The notes under the pieces: generated by a model
Told to the model about the DNA's origin: nothing
The model's input: the letters and a program-made list of their open reading frames with translations, nothing else
The model's database searches: none
From: Oscillospiraceae bacterium
GTDB taxonomy: Bacteria > Bacillota > Clostridia > Oscillospirales > UBA644
Assembly (NCBI GenBank): GCA_015067305.1
Contig: SVMT01000002.1
Span: 36,759 to 100,758 of the forward strand
Length of the DNA stretch: 64,000 nucleotides
Direction: 5' to 3'
Translations under genes and position numbers: made by a program
Shown here: positions 39,532 to 48,627 of the stretch, one piece after another
Position numbering within the stretch: the stretch's first letter is position 1
Layout: each line of letters begins with the position of its first letter

Positions 39532-40254
39532 TCAAAGCCAATTCTTATTTTCTATAAGAATCATATCAGGATCACCATTAACAAGGTCTTTCAGAATTTT
39601 CAAGTGAGAACTACCGATCAACAATAAAACCCGATCTCCGTCCTTGCATATATTCTGTAAATTTGAAAAGATTCTTAGATTACGATCGTACCATTGAAGA
39701 ACATATTGTGTTCCTTCATAGTTTCCTAAATTTACTTTATTCATTTTACTGAACATTCCATTGTCAACAAATATATATTCTTCACTATTGTGTATTCGGT
39801 ATTTTGAAATAATATCTTCAGAAGAACCATTCATTTTGCGAATCATAGAAAGATCTTTTTCGTAATCACTGTATTCACTTTTGATTTTTTCTTCTAATTC
39901 ATCTGAAAGCTCAGTAGGATAGTCTACCGCATATATTTTTTCAAGCCCTAACTTTCGTCCCGAACGAAAGGCTACTTGAACAACTTCATTTACTGATTTA
40001 AAAGAAAATTGATGTCCCCAAAACTCAACTGTTCCAAGAATAAAGTTCTTTTCAATATCAGCAAGCATAAAATCAGCATAAAACGAATCAAGTTCATTCT
40101 GAAAGATTTTTGGAATTTCAACCGCTATCTTAGTAGGCTTTATCTCTTTAATCTTATCAGTAAAAACGTCAAGTTCTTGTTGTACCTTTTGAGAAAAAAT
40201 ATATTCAGGCATACTGTTGAAATGAAATGTACCTAAAATAATAATCTCTGTCAT
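39532..40254 (-). CDS. DUF5694-like protein
   Basis: IIILGTFHF, IAVE, NEVVQVAFR, WYDRNLRIFSN, LIGSSH; start moved to 40254. Confidence 0.7.
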   Translation of the reverse strand: MTEIIILGTFHFNSMPEYIFSQKVQQELDVFTDKIKEIKPTKIAVEIPKIFQNELDSFYADFMLADIEKNFILGTVEFWGHQFSFKSVNEVVQVAFRSGRKLGLEKIYAVDYPTELSDELEEKIKSEYSDYEKDLSMIRKMNGSSEDIISKYRIHNSEEYIFVDNGMFSKMNKVNLGNYEGTQYVLQWYDRNLRIFSNLQNICKDGDRVLLLIGSSHLKILKDLVNGDPDMILIENKNWL

Positions 40255-40348
40255 ATTCGTCACCTTTCCATGTTTTTTATTTGATTTTATTGTCATGCGC
40301 CGAAAACTGATGTATAATATGATTATAATCAGCTTATGCCCAATCCGT

Positions 40349-40403
40349 CACCGTTTTGGTCTCCTTTCAATAGTGTAGAAAGATTTGATTTGGTTTCAAA
40401 AAA
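40349..40403 (-). repeat. Degenerate duplicate of the ECF-2 promoter/RBS/start region (39467-39526)
   Basis: 24 identical bp (40380-40403 = 39503-39526), then ACACTAT-----TGAAAGGAG.CCAAAACGGTG vs ACACTATATAAGTGAAAGGAGGTCAAAACGATG. Confidence 0.9.
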
Positions 40404-40412
40404 TATTATTTT

Positions 40413-40832
40413 TTATTCTTCAACTACGACGACATGTTTCCAAGCAAATGGCAGCAGATCCTTTATTCCGACTTTAATCAAATTACCGTTATCATCATTC
40501 AATATAACTTTAATATTAGGAGCGTATTCCAAAAGCATTTGACGACAATTTCCGCAAGGAGAAACAACACAATTCTCGGCTTTATCATGAACAGCAACGA
40601 TAGTATCAAAATCTCTTTCGCCCGCAGATATCGCAATACCCACAGTTATATATTCTGCACAAGAACCATGAATTCCGTCGCAATTTACCCCTGTATATAT
40701 TTTACCGTTTTTACAGCGAAGCGCCGCACCTACTGTATGGTTATAGATTCCGTCATCAAAATTCTTTTCAAGAGTTTTAAGAGCAGAGGTTATAAGCTCT
40801 TTGTCTGCATGTGTTATTTCATAAAATATCAT
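40413..40832 (-). CDS. Cytidine deaminase family, blasticidin-S deaminase (Bsr)-like
   Basis: HTVGAA, CAE, RDFDTIVAV, VVSPCGNCRQ. Confidence 0.85.
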   Translation of the reverse strand: MIFYEITHADKELITSALKTLEKNFDDGIYNHTVGAALRCKNGKIYTGVNCDGIHGSCAEYITVGIAISAGERDFDTIVAVHDKAENCVVSPCGNCRQMLLEYAPNIKVILNDDNGNLIKVGIKDLLPFAWKHVVVVEE

Positions 40833-40935
40833 AAATTCTGACCTCACTTTTTATTTAATTATATCATAAAAATATATTGATTTCAAGCCTTAAATAGAAA
40901 TATCTAAAAATTGTTTGACATGATGCATTAGGTTA

Positions 40936-40988
40936 TTGACATATGCCGAAAACTATGCTATAATATAACTATAATTGGCATATGCCAA
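40936..40988 (+). promoter_or_regulatory. Sigma-A promoter with two palindromic operators
   Basis: TTGACA(40936)-17-TATAAT(40959); TTGACATATGCCGA over the -35 and perfect TTGGCATATGCCAA at 40975-40988. Confidence 0.8.
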
Positions 40989-41008
40989 AAATATAATGAG
41001 GTTTAATT

Positions 41009-41368
41009 ATGCCACGACCCAAAAAATGCAGAAAAGTATGCAGATTACCGCAAAACATTGAATTTACGCCAATACTCAAAACCTCCGAGGAAAAAATCAT
41101 TATAACAGTTGATGAATACGAAACAGTAAGACTCATTGACATGGAAGGATTTTCGCAGGAAGAATGCGCTGTATATATGCAAATAGCAAGAACTACGGCG
41201 CAGCAGATATACAATTCGGCACGAAAAAAAATCGCAATAGCTTTAGTCAACGGTCTTTCAATTAAAATCGAAGGCGGAGACTATATACTTTGCGACGGAA
41301 AAGAATCTAATTGTAATTGCGGCGGATGCAGAAAGCACAGATTAAAATTAAAAAAGGAGATACAATAA
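41009..41368 (+). CDS. DUF134 (UPF0251) DNA-binding protein
   Basis: [38 protein letters not shown]. Confidence 0.92.
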   Translation: MPRPKKCRKVCRLPQNIEFTPILKTSEEKIIITVDEYETVRLIDMEGFSQEECAVYMQIARTTAQQIYNSARKKIAIALVNGLSIKIEGGDYILCDGKESNCNCGGCRKHRLKLKKEIQ

Positions 41369-41369
41369 A

Positions 41370-41795
41370 ATGATCATTGCAGTAACATACGAAAACGGAG
41401 AAATTTTCCAGCACTTCGGTCACACGGAACAGTTCAAACTCTACGAAGTTGAAAACGGAAAAATTGTTAAATCAGAAATAATGAATTCAAACGGAAGCGG
41501 TCATGGCGCACTTGCAGGACTTCTTAAAATGTTCGGCGTTGATGTTCTCATTTGCGGTGGTATCGGAGGTGGAGCCCAGACAGCACTTGCAAATGCAGGA
41601 ATAAAGCTTTTCGGCGGAGTAAAAGGTGATGCAGACGAAGCTGTTGAAGCATATCTTGCAGGAGTTCTGGAATTCAACCCTAATGTTAAATGTAACCACC
41701 ACGGTGAAGGTCACACTTGTGGCGACCATCATCATGAAGACGGACATGAATGCGGAAACCACACCTGTGGCGGAAATTGCGGAAATCACAACTAA
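41370..41795 (+). CDS. NifB/NifX-family metal-cluster-binding protein with His/Cys tail
   Basis: IFQHFGH, VDVLICGGIGGGA, HxCG-repeat tail. Confidence 0.9.
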   Translation: MIIAVTYENGEIFQHFGHTEQFKLYEVENGKIVKSEIMNSNGSGHGALAGLLKMFGVDVLICGGIGGGAQTALANAGIKLFGGVKGDADEAVEAYLAGVLEFNPNVKCNHHGEGHTCGDHHHEDGHECGNHTCGGNCGNHN

Positions 41796-41801
41796 AATTT
41801 T

Positions 41802-41832
41802 AACGGAGAGAGGTTCTCTCCGTTTGTTTTTT
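41802..41832. terminator. Terminator between convergent NifX-like and ZIP genes
   Basis: AACGGAGAGA GGT TCTCTCCGTT-TGTTTTTT. Confidence 0.8.
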
Positions 41833-41833
41833 A

Positions 41834-42586
41834 TTAACCAAGTAAGACATCGGTAACAAGCATTAAGCAAAAACCTACAAGTAAAGAGTAGGTTGCTCCT
41901 CGTTCACACCCGTGTGCGTGAGTTTCGGGAATCATTTCATCGCTGATCACATAAAGCATCGTCCCTCCCGCAAAAGCCAAGGCAAAAGGCAAAATAGCAG
42001 ATGCTATACTTACGGCAAAATAACCGAGTAATGTACCTACGACCTCAACGATCCCTGTAATCATAGCGCAAATGAAAGTTTTCTTTGGTGTAACACCTGC
42101 GGCTATCATGGGACCGATTATTACCATTCCTTCGGGAACATTCTGCAACGCTATACCACCTGCAATTATAAGAGCCTGAGAGACATCACCCGAACCGAAA
42201 CCGACACCTGCTGCAATACCTTCGGGAAGATTATGAATAGCAATCGCCATAACAAAAAGTAAAACTTTACTCAAATTCGCATTATTATGAGATTCTATAT
42301 CAGGACCGATCAGTTTGTGTAAATGTGGAACCAGTTTATCCACAACATTTAAACAGAGCGCACCTGCAAAAATTCCGACAACAGTTATCAGTAATCCAAA
42401 CTTTCCACCATATTCAAGAGAGGGGAGTATAAGTCCAAGAACAGCAGCTGCCAACATAACTCCTGCGGCAAAAGATAATACTATATCCGTAAATTTATGG
42501 GTTACATTTTTAAATATAAATCCTATTAAAGCTCCAATAACAGTTGCACCGCCGACACCTGCGGCTGTAAGTAATACCATTTCCAT
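41834..42586 (-). CDS. ZIP (ZupT/GufA) metal transporter
   Basis: FAAGVML, AIHNLPEG, LQNVPEG, EMIPETH. Confidence 0.93.
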   Translation of the reverse strand: MEMVLLTAAGVGGATVIGALIGFIFKNVTHKFTDIVLSFAAGVMLAAAVLGLILPSLEYGGKFGLLITVVGIFAGALCLNVVDKLVPHLHKLIGPDIESHNNANLSKVLLFVMAIAIHNLPEGIAAGVGFGSGDVSQALIIAGGIALQNVPEGMVIIGPMIAAGVTPKKTFICAMITGIVEVVGTLLGYFAVSIASAILPFALAFAGGTMLYVISDEMIPETHAHGCERGATYSLLVGFCLMLVTDVLLG

Positions 42587-42596
42587 ATTTTCAACC

Positions 42597-43073
42597 TCAT
42601 ATTTTTATTACATACCATGATTTTACAAGTTTCTCAATTGACCAAGCTGCATTTGCAGGAGATGTTGACGGCAAACAGAGCGCAGGTCTTCCAATCAATG
42701 GTAAGACATATTTATTATAATACTTTTCTGCAGTTTTACCGTTAACAAATATCTGCTTAATATTAGCTTTATTCAGAATAATACTCAGATCATTCGGAAG
42801 AACATTCCGTATTGAACTGTCGGAACTTCCCGAGATCTCACAAGAAGAAATAACATCCCATACCGCAATTCCGTAATCAAGAAGAAATCTACGCTTTTTC
42901 TCAATAGTATCAGGAACTTCAGTATCAAATACAGTTGCGACAACTTTCCAAAAACGATTCTGCGTATGACCATAGAAAAAACCGACTTCACGGGATTTTA
43001 CGGAAGGGAAGCTTCCTAAAATCAAAATTCGGGAATTTTCATCAAAAACAGGTTCTATCGGATGTATGACCAT
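42597..43073 (-). CDS. DNA-deoxyinosine glycosylase (UDG superfamily)
   Basis: LILGSFPS, FYGH.QNRFW, WDV, LPSTSPANA; promoter TTGACT-17-TATAAT at 43134-43106. Confidence 0.9.
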   Translation of the reverse strand: MVIHPIEPVFDENSRILILGSFPSVKSREVGFFYGHTQNRFWKVVATVFDTEVPDTIEKKRRFLLDYGIAVWDVISSCEISGSSDSSIRNVLPNDLSIILNKANIKQIFVNGKTAEKYYNKYVLPLIGRPALCLPSTSPANAAWSIEKLVKSWYVIKI

Positions 43074-43136
43074 AGACGACCTCGATTCATTTTATTAACA
43101 ACATAATTATACTACATTTAAAAGAAAAAGTCAAGC

Positions 43137-43162
43137 AAAAAAGCAGCCAAATGACTGCTTTT
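43137..43162 (-). terminator. Orphan intrinsic terminator in a divergent intergenic region
   Basis: Minus strand AAAAGCAGTC ATTT GGCTGCTTTTTT. Confidence 0.6.
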
Positions 43163-43350
43163 ATAAAAAATATTCATAATGCTTTCTATATTCACTCACA
43201 GAATAACGATTCTTCGATAAAATATATTCAACTTGCAATAGTAAATATATTGAATTAACAATTATTTTCCCAACTCACAGTTGAATTATTATAGTTCTGA
43301 ACACTTGATTTTTCATAAGAAATATGTTATAATGTATATGGTGATAAAAT

Positions 43351-44220
43351 GTGGATATAAACAAATGGTTTTCTGAAAACACATATCCTATAAAAGATAA
43401 AACTATTGCAATAACAGGGGCTACAGGCGGCTTGGGCAGAGAAATTTGCAAACATCTTGCATATCTCGGTGCAGATCTTATTTTTGTAGACAGAAACAGA
43501 GAAAAATCTGAAAAATTCGGAAATGAACTTATATCTGAATTTCCAAATATTTCAATCACATATATCACCGCAGATATGGAAGATATTGAATCAGTAAAAG
43601 AAGCCACAGAGAAATTGAACAATTCAAATATTGACATTTTTATTGCGAATGCAGGAGCTTTTCGTATCCCACGTAAAAAATGCTCTACAGGATTCGATAA
43701 TATTTTTCAGATAAACTATATGTCCCCGTATTATATTATAACTAAAATTTTACCTGTATTGAAAAGTAAGAAGGGTAAAATCATTGCAGTTGGAAGCATT
43801 GCACATAAATTTACAAAAATAAACAAAAACGATATAGAACTTCTGAATTGCAAGAATGCTGAAAAGGTATACGGAAACGCAAAACGTATTTTTATGTTTT
43901 CTCTATACGAGCTTTTTCAAAATGAAAGGGAAGCCTCTCTCAGCATAGTTCATCCCGGAATTACATATACGAATTTAATGGCGAATTATCCGAAATGGTT
44001 ATCTGTAATTATAAAATATCCGATGAAAATAATCTTTATGTCTCCCAAAGAAGCATCTTTATCAGTGATTAAAGGCATATTTGACAAATGCAATAGTTAC
44101 GAATGGATAGGTCCGCGAGTTTTCGGAATATGGGGTAAACCGAAGGTGTCAAAGCTTAAAAGGGCTGACGATAAGGAAATAACTATATTAAAAACAATAT
44201 ATAATGAGGAAATATTATGA
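43351..44220 (+). CDS. Short-chain dehydrogenase/reductase
   Basis: ITGATGGLG, ANAG, YGNAK, VHPG. Confidence 0.9.
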   Translation: MDINKWFSENTYPIKDKTIAITGATGGLGREICKHLAYLGADLIFVDRNREKSEKFGNELISEFPNISITYITADMEDIESVKEATEKLNNSNIDIFIANAGAFRIPRKKCSTGFDNIFQINYMSPYYIITKILPVLKSKKGKIIAVGSIAHKFTKINKNDIELLNCKNAEKVYGNAKRIFMFSLYELFQNEREASLSIVHPGITYTNLMANYPKWLSVIIKYPMKIIFMSPKEASLSVIKGIFDKCNSYEWIGPRVFGIWGKPKVSKLKRADDKEITILKTIYNEEIL

Positions 44221-45029
44221 AAAATACAAAAATGTACGTAATGACAGAAACAAGTCTATTTATGATGTCATACGTTTTTATAACAAATAAAGGTAATTGT
44301 ATTATTGTTGACGGTGGACGTCCTGAGGATGTACCACTCTTGCGTGAAAAAGTTAAAGGACATCCTATCAAAGCATGGTTTTTGACCCATCCTCATTTTG
44401 ATCACATTTCGGCATTTAATGACTTAACAAAAAATCAAGATCCTGACTTTACATTCGAAAAGGTTTATTACAATTTCCCGTCATTGGAATTTGCAAAGAC
44501 AACCGCAGATGACGACGAAGAATCTCTTCCCAATTTTTATAATTTGCTCCCATGCTTAGAAGAAAAAGCACAGAAAGTACATACAGGAGATGTAATTACC
44601 ATAGACGATATTACGATTGAAATCCTGTACCATTTCGACGAAAATGACAAAGCCTATGACTTTATATATAAAACAATCAATGACACTTCAATAGCATTTC
44701 GCATTAATACGCCCAACTCATCTGTAATTTTTTTAGGAGATCTCGGACCTGAAGCGGGGGAGATTCTCGCTGAGCAGGGAGAAGAAAAACTCCATGCAGA
44801 ATATTGCCAAATGGCTCATCACGGACACTCAGGCGTTGGCGCAGATGTTTATATTCTGATCAACCCCCGTGTATGTATGTGGAATGCGCCAGAGTGGCTG
44901 TGGGAAGAACCGGGGGATCTTGTAGACTACCGTCGTTATGGACTGAAAAGAACAAGGCTTTGGATGGAACGACTCGGAGTCAAGGAACACATTGTAACTA
45001 AAGACGGAACGGCAGAAATAGATTTATAA
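44217..45029 (+). CDS. MBL-fold metallohydrolase (ComEC/Rec2-like)
   Basis: VDGG, LTHPHFDH, NDTS, GDLG, QMAHHG. Confidence 0.88.
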   Translation: MKNTKMYVMTETSLFMMSYVFITNKGNCIIVDGGRPEDVPLLREKVKGHPIKAWFLTHPHFDHISAFNDLTKNQDPDFTFEKVYYNFPSLEFAKTTADDDEESLPNFYNLLPCLEEKAQKVHTGDVITIDDITIEILYHFDENDKAYDFIYKTINDTSIAFRINTPNSSVIFLGDLGPEAGEILAEQGEEKLHAEYCQMAHHGHSGVGADVYILINPRVCMWNAPEWLWEEPGDLVDYRRYGLKRTRLWMERLGVKEHIVTKDGTAEIDL

Positions 45030-45127
45030 TAAAGAAAACTTAAAAACAGAGGTGGATGAAGTTTAGTAGTCCATCTCTAAAGCTTTCAAGCAATTTATGA
45101 ACTATTTATGTCTTTACACTTTACCTA

Positions 45128-45156
45128 TTGACAAACACGAATCTTTGTGATATAAT
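45128..45156 (+). promoter_or_regulatory. Sigma-A promoter of tRNA-Leu/tRNA-fMet
   Basis: TTGACA-17 nt-TATAAT with TG extension. Confidence 0.88.
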
Positions 45157-45184
45157 ATATGAGCACTAAATGAGTTGCACATCT

Positions 45185-45273
45185 GCCGGTGTGGCGGAAT
45201 TGGCAGACGCCCGGGACTTAAAATCCCGTGAAACGAGAGTTTCGTACCGGTTCAAGCCCGGTCACCGGCACCA
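45185..45273 (+). tRNA. tRNA-Leu(UAA)
   Basis: CGGGA-CT-TAA-AA-TCCCG, long variable arm GAAAC-GAGA-GTTTC, CCA. Confidence 0.97.
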
Positions 45274-45299
45274 ATATGCCGAACCGGAAAATTAAATAT

Positions 45300-45376
45300 C
45301 GCGGAGTGGAGCAGTCCGGCAGCTCGTTGGGCTCATAACCCAAAGGTCGTAGGTTCAAATCCTGCCTCCGCAACCA
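45300..45376 (+). tRNA. Initiator tRNA-fMet(CAU)
   Basis: C1:A72 mismatch, GGG-CTCATAA-CCC anticodon arm, CCA. Confidence 0.97.
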
Positions 45377-45383
45377 AAAAAAT

Positions 45384-45413
45384 TCCTCGGACTTGTTCCG
45401 AGGATATTTTTTA
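45384..45413 (+). terminator. Terminator after tRNA-fMet
   Basis: TCCTCGGA CTTGT TCCGAGGA-TATTTTTT. Confidence 0.8.
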
Positions 45414-45532
45414 CCTCTTTACATTACACTCTTCATTAATCTCTGCAAGGAAATTTTTGGGGAAATAATAAGTAATTTGGAGATTTTCATTACTATTTGG
45501 GCGGACACTTTAGCGACAGAATGGAGATTAAA

Positions 45533-46969
45533 ATGAAAAAGACTTATGTTACTTCTATGCCAAACCACATCGGTGCTTTTCTTAAAGCCAGTAGGTGCTT
45601 TTCCTCTTTAGGTATAAATATAACGAGAGTCAGCTACAATAAAGCAGTTGACTCGCATACACTTTTTATTGATGCAGAGGGAACTGATGAACAATTAAAA
45701 AAAGCTGATGTTGAACTTGAGAAGATTGGATACTTACAAAACGGTGGAAATAAGACAAGCGTAGTTTTAATTGAGTTTTGTCTTAAAGACGAACCTGGTA
45801 GTGTTACCAATATTTTAACATTAATTAATGACTTTAATTTCAATATTTCATATATAAGTTCTCAGGAAAACGGAACTGATTATCAGCTATTCAAGATGGG
45901 ACTATATGTTGAGGATCACGAAAAAATAACTAAATTTTTAAAAGAAGCAGAAAAGCTGTGTAAAGTCAGAATCATAGACTATAACAGTTCGGAAAAAATT
46001 TATGACAACAGCATTTTCTATAACACTTATGTACTTGGATTATCTCAAACAATGGGATTATCCGAAGACATTCGCAAGAACTTGTTAGTTCATGTAAATC
46101 TGGCGATGCAGACACTTGATGAGCAAGGTCTATCTCCATATAGAACATTTGATAGTATAAGTAAATTCGCTGAATTACTCGGAACATATAAAAATAAAAA
46201 ATTCATTCCAAGAATCAGCACGCACAAAATAACAGATAATACCGAGATTACATTGATAGAGCCTCCATGCGGAAGCAATACAATAATAATTAAAAGTAAT
46301 GAAGAATTTTTGTTTATAGACAGCGGATATGCCTGCTACAGCGAAGAAATGATTCAAATTCTGACTAAAATAGTACCCAATTTTCATACTATGAAGAAAA
46401 CTGTTCTCGTAACCCATTCCGATGTTGACCATTGTGGTTTATTACCAATCTTTGATGAAATAATAGCTTCACATAAAACAGCTCAATGTTTGAAAAATGA
46501 GTATTTCGGAAACGATGGATATAGAGAAAAAAATCCTATACATAAACCTTATATCAATATTTGTAAGATTCTAACATCGTATACGACAGTTGATCCTAAA
46601 AAAATAACTTCATTATGGAATGATATTGAGCATTTAACAGAACCTCTTACCCAAATAGGATTTTATGACTTTGGGGAACTTCATTTTGAAGTATATGAGG
46701 GGAAAGGCGGACATTTACCGGGAGAAATAATACTCATTGACTATACAAATAATATTGCAATAACAGGAGATATATACATTAACGTACATGGTTTAACCGC
46801 TGAACAAGCTGAATATAACCAATATGCACCAATCCTTATGACCTCTGTGGATACAGATCCAAAACTCTGTGCTGAAGAACGCAAGGCAATTATGCAACGT
46901 TTAGGTGTTGGAAATTGGCAGATATTTGGTTCGCACGGATTCAAGAAAGATTATTCCGTCAATATATAG
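45533..46969 (+). CDS. Tandem ACT-like domains fused to an MBL-fold hydrolase
   Basis: MPNHIGAF..LGINITRV and LKDEPGSV..FNFNISYI (ACT-like); IDSG, THSDVDH, GGHLPG, TGD; start moved to 45533. Confidence 0.75.
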   Translation: MKKTYVTSMPNHIGAFLKASRCFSSLGINITRVSYNKAVDSHTLFIDAEGTDEQLKKADVELEKIGYLQNGGNKTSVVLIEFCLKDEPGSVTNILTLINDFNFNISYISSQENGTDYQLFKMGLYVEDHEKITKFLKEAEKLCKVRIIDYNSSEKIYDNSIFYNTYVLGLSQTMGLSEDIRKNLLVHVNLAMQTLDEQGLSPYRTFDSISKFAELLGTYKNKKFIPRISTHKITDNTEITLIEPPCGSNTIIIKSNEEFLFIDSGYACYSEEMIQILTKIVPNFHTMKKTVLVTHSDVDHCGLLPIFDEIIASHKTAQCLKNEYFGNDGYREKNPIHKPYINICKILTSYTTVDPKKITSLWNDIEHLTEPLTQIGFYDFGELHFEVYEGKGGHLPGEIILIDYTNNIAITGDIYINVHGLTAEQAEYNQYAPILMTSVDTDPKLCAEERKAIMQRLGVGNWQIFGSHGFKKDYSVNI

Positions 46970-47088
46970 ATTCGGCACAATAACAAAAACAAAATATTTT
47001 TAAATATTATACGTAAACTATTGATATTTCACTAAAAATATTGTATTATAAATATGGTTACAAAACAACTTAAATTTAGAGGTGACTT

Positions 47089-48513
47089 ATGAGTAAAACA
47101 GTACAAGACATCCTTGAAATGATCAAGGAAAAAGACATTCAAATGGTTGATTTCAAAATGGTCGACATCAACGGTCAATACAGACACGTTACTATTCCGG
47201 CTCAGAACTTTTCAGAGGAAACGATGAAAAACGGTATAGGATTCGATGCTTCAAACTACGGTTATGCTGTAGTTGAAAAGAGTGACATGGTATTCATTCC
47301 TGATCCAGACACGGCGGTCATCGATCCTTTCTGCACTATTGCTACGCTGTCTATGACAGGTAATGCAATGATCATTGATACTCCGGAAAACAGACCTTTG
47401 CCCCAATACCCCAGAAACATTATCAAGGCTGCAGTTCAACAGATGAAGGATAGTGGAATTGCCGATGAAATGTATATTCTGCCTGAATTTGAATTCTATC
47501 TTTTCGACAATGCAGGATGGGAAGTCAGCGGTAGGGAAATCAGCGCTCACGTAGATGCACAGCAGTCTTATTGGAACAGCAAAACAGAAGGTCTTGGCGT
47601 TGTAGTTCCCAAACAGAAAAACTACCACATCGCTAAACCTTTTGATATTTCATATGAATGCAGAAGTGAAATGTGTCTGCACATGAAAGACGCAGGTATT
47701 GAAATTAACTATCATCATCCCGAAGTTGCAGCTTCCGGCCAGTTTGAGATCGAACCCCAGCTCGGTGAAGTCGTTCATATGGCTGACGCTACAATGATGA
47801 TCAAATACATAATCCACAATACAGCTCTTCAGTACGGAAAAACAGCAACATTCATGCCAAAACCCATTTACGGCGAAGCAGGTAGCGGTATGCATGTTCA
47901 TATGCTTCTCATGAAAGACGGTAAGCCCGTATTTTCTGACGATAATGGCTACGCACATCTCAGCGAAACAGCTCATTATTTCATGGGTGGTCTTTTGAAA
48001 CACATTGCATCACTTTGCGCTCTTACAAACCCAAGCACAAACTCATTCAAGAGACTTGTTCCCGGATTTGAAGCTCCTGTTACAGTTGGGTATGCAACAT
48101 CCAACAGAAGTGCAGTAATCAGAATCCCCGCATATGCAAAGACTCCCGAAAAACGCAGATTTGAGCTTCGTAATCCCGATGCAACCTGCAATCCCTATTT
48201 CTGCTATGCAGCAATTCTCATGGCAGGTCTTGACGGCGTAAAGAACAAGGTCGATCCTCACGCAAACGGCTGGGGTCCCTACGATGTTAACCTTTACCAC
48301 CTTCCCGAAGAAGAAAAAGCAAAACTTCAGGGATTGCCAACATCTCTTGACGAAGCACTCAACGCACTTGAAAAGGATCACGACTACCTCACCGCAGGCG
48401 GAGTATTCCCCGAAGAGCTTATTAAAAACTTCGTTAAAACAAAACGTGAAGAATGCAGACAGATGGCGGCTATTCCTCACCCCGCAGAATACGACAAATA
48501 CTTCAATCTTTAA
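47089..48513 (+). CDS. glnA: Glutamine synthetase type I
   Basis: FDAS, PEFEFY, HHPEVA, TFMPKP..GEAGSGMHVH, KRLVPGFEAP, NRSAVIRIP, ELRNPD. Confidence 0.97.
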   Translation: MSKTVQDILEMIKEKDIQMVDFKMVDINGQYRHVTIPAQNFSEETMKNGIGFDASNYGYAVVEKSDMVFIPDPDTAVIDPFCTIATLSMTGNAMIIDTPENRPLPQYPRNIIKAAVQQMKDSGIADEMYILPEFEFYLFDNAGWEVSGREISAHVDAQQSYWNSKTEGLGVVVPKQKNYHIAKPFDISYECRSEMCLHMKDAGIEINYHHPEVAASGQFEIEPQLGEVVHMADATMMIKYIIHNTALQYGKTATFMPKPIYGEAGSGMHVHMLLMKDGKPVFSDDNGYAHLSETAHYFMGGLLKHIASLCALTNPSTNSFKRLVPGFEAPVTVGYATSNRSAVIRIPAYAKTPEKRRFELRNPDATCNPYFCYAAILMAGLDGVKNKVDPHANGWGPYDVNLYHLPEEEKAKLQGLPTSLDEALNALEKDHDYLTAGGVFPEELIKNFVKTKREECRQMAAIPHPAEYDKYFNL

Positions 48514-48527
48514 TATTCAAACAATAG

Positions 48528-48553
48528 AGACGGGTCGAAAAGACCCGTCTTTT
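48528..48553 (+). terminator. glnA terminator
   Basis: AGACGGGTC GAAAA GACCCGTCT-TTT. Confidence 0.85.
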
Positions 48554-48566
48554 CTATGTGAAAGTA

Positions 48567-48595
48567 TTGACAAAAGCATTTCGTTATGATATAAT
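48567..48595 (+). promoter_or_regulatory. Sigma-A promoter of the hydrolase cluster
   Basis: TTGACA-17 nt-TATAAT with TG extension. Confidence 0.85.
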
Positions 48596-48627
48596 TAAGA
48601 AAATAACAAAAAGAGGAAGGATTCCCT

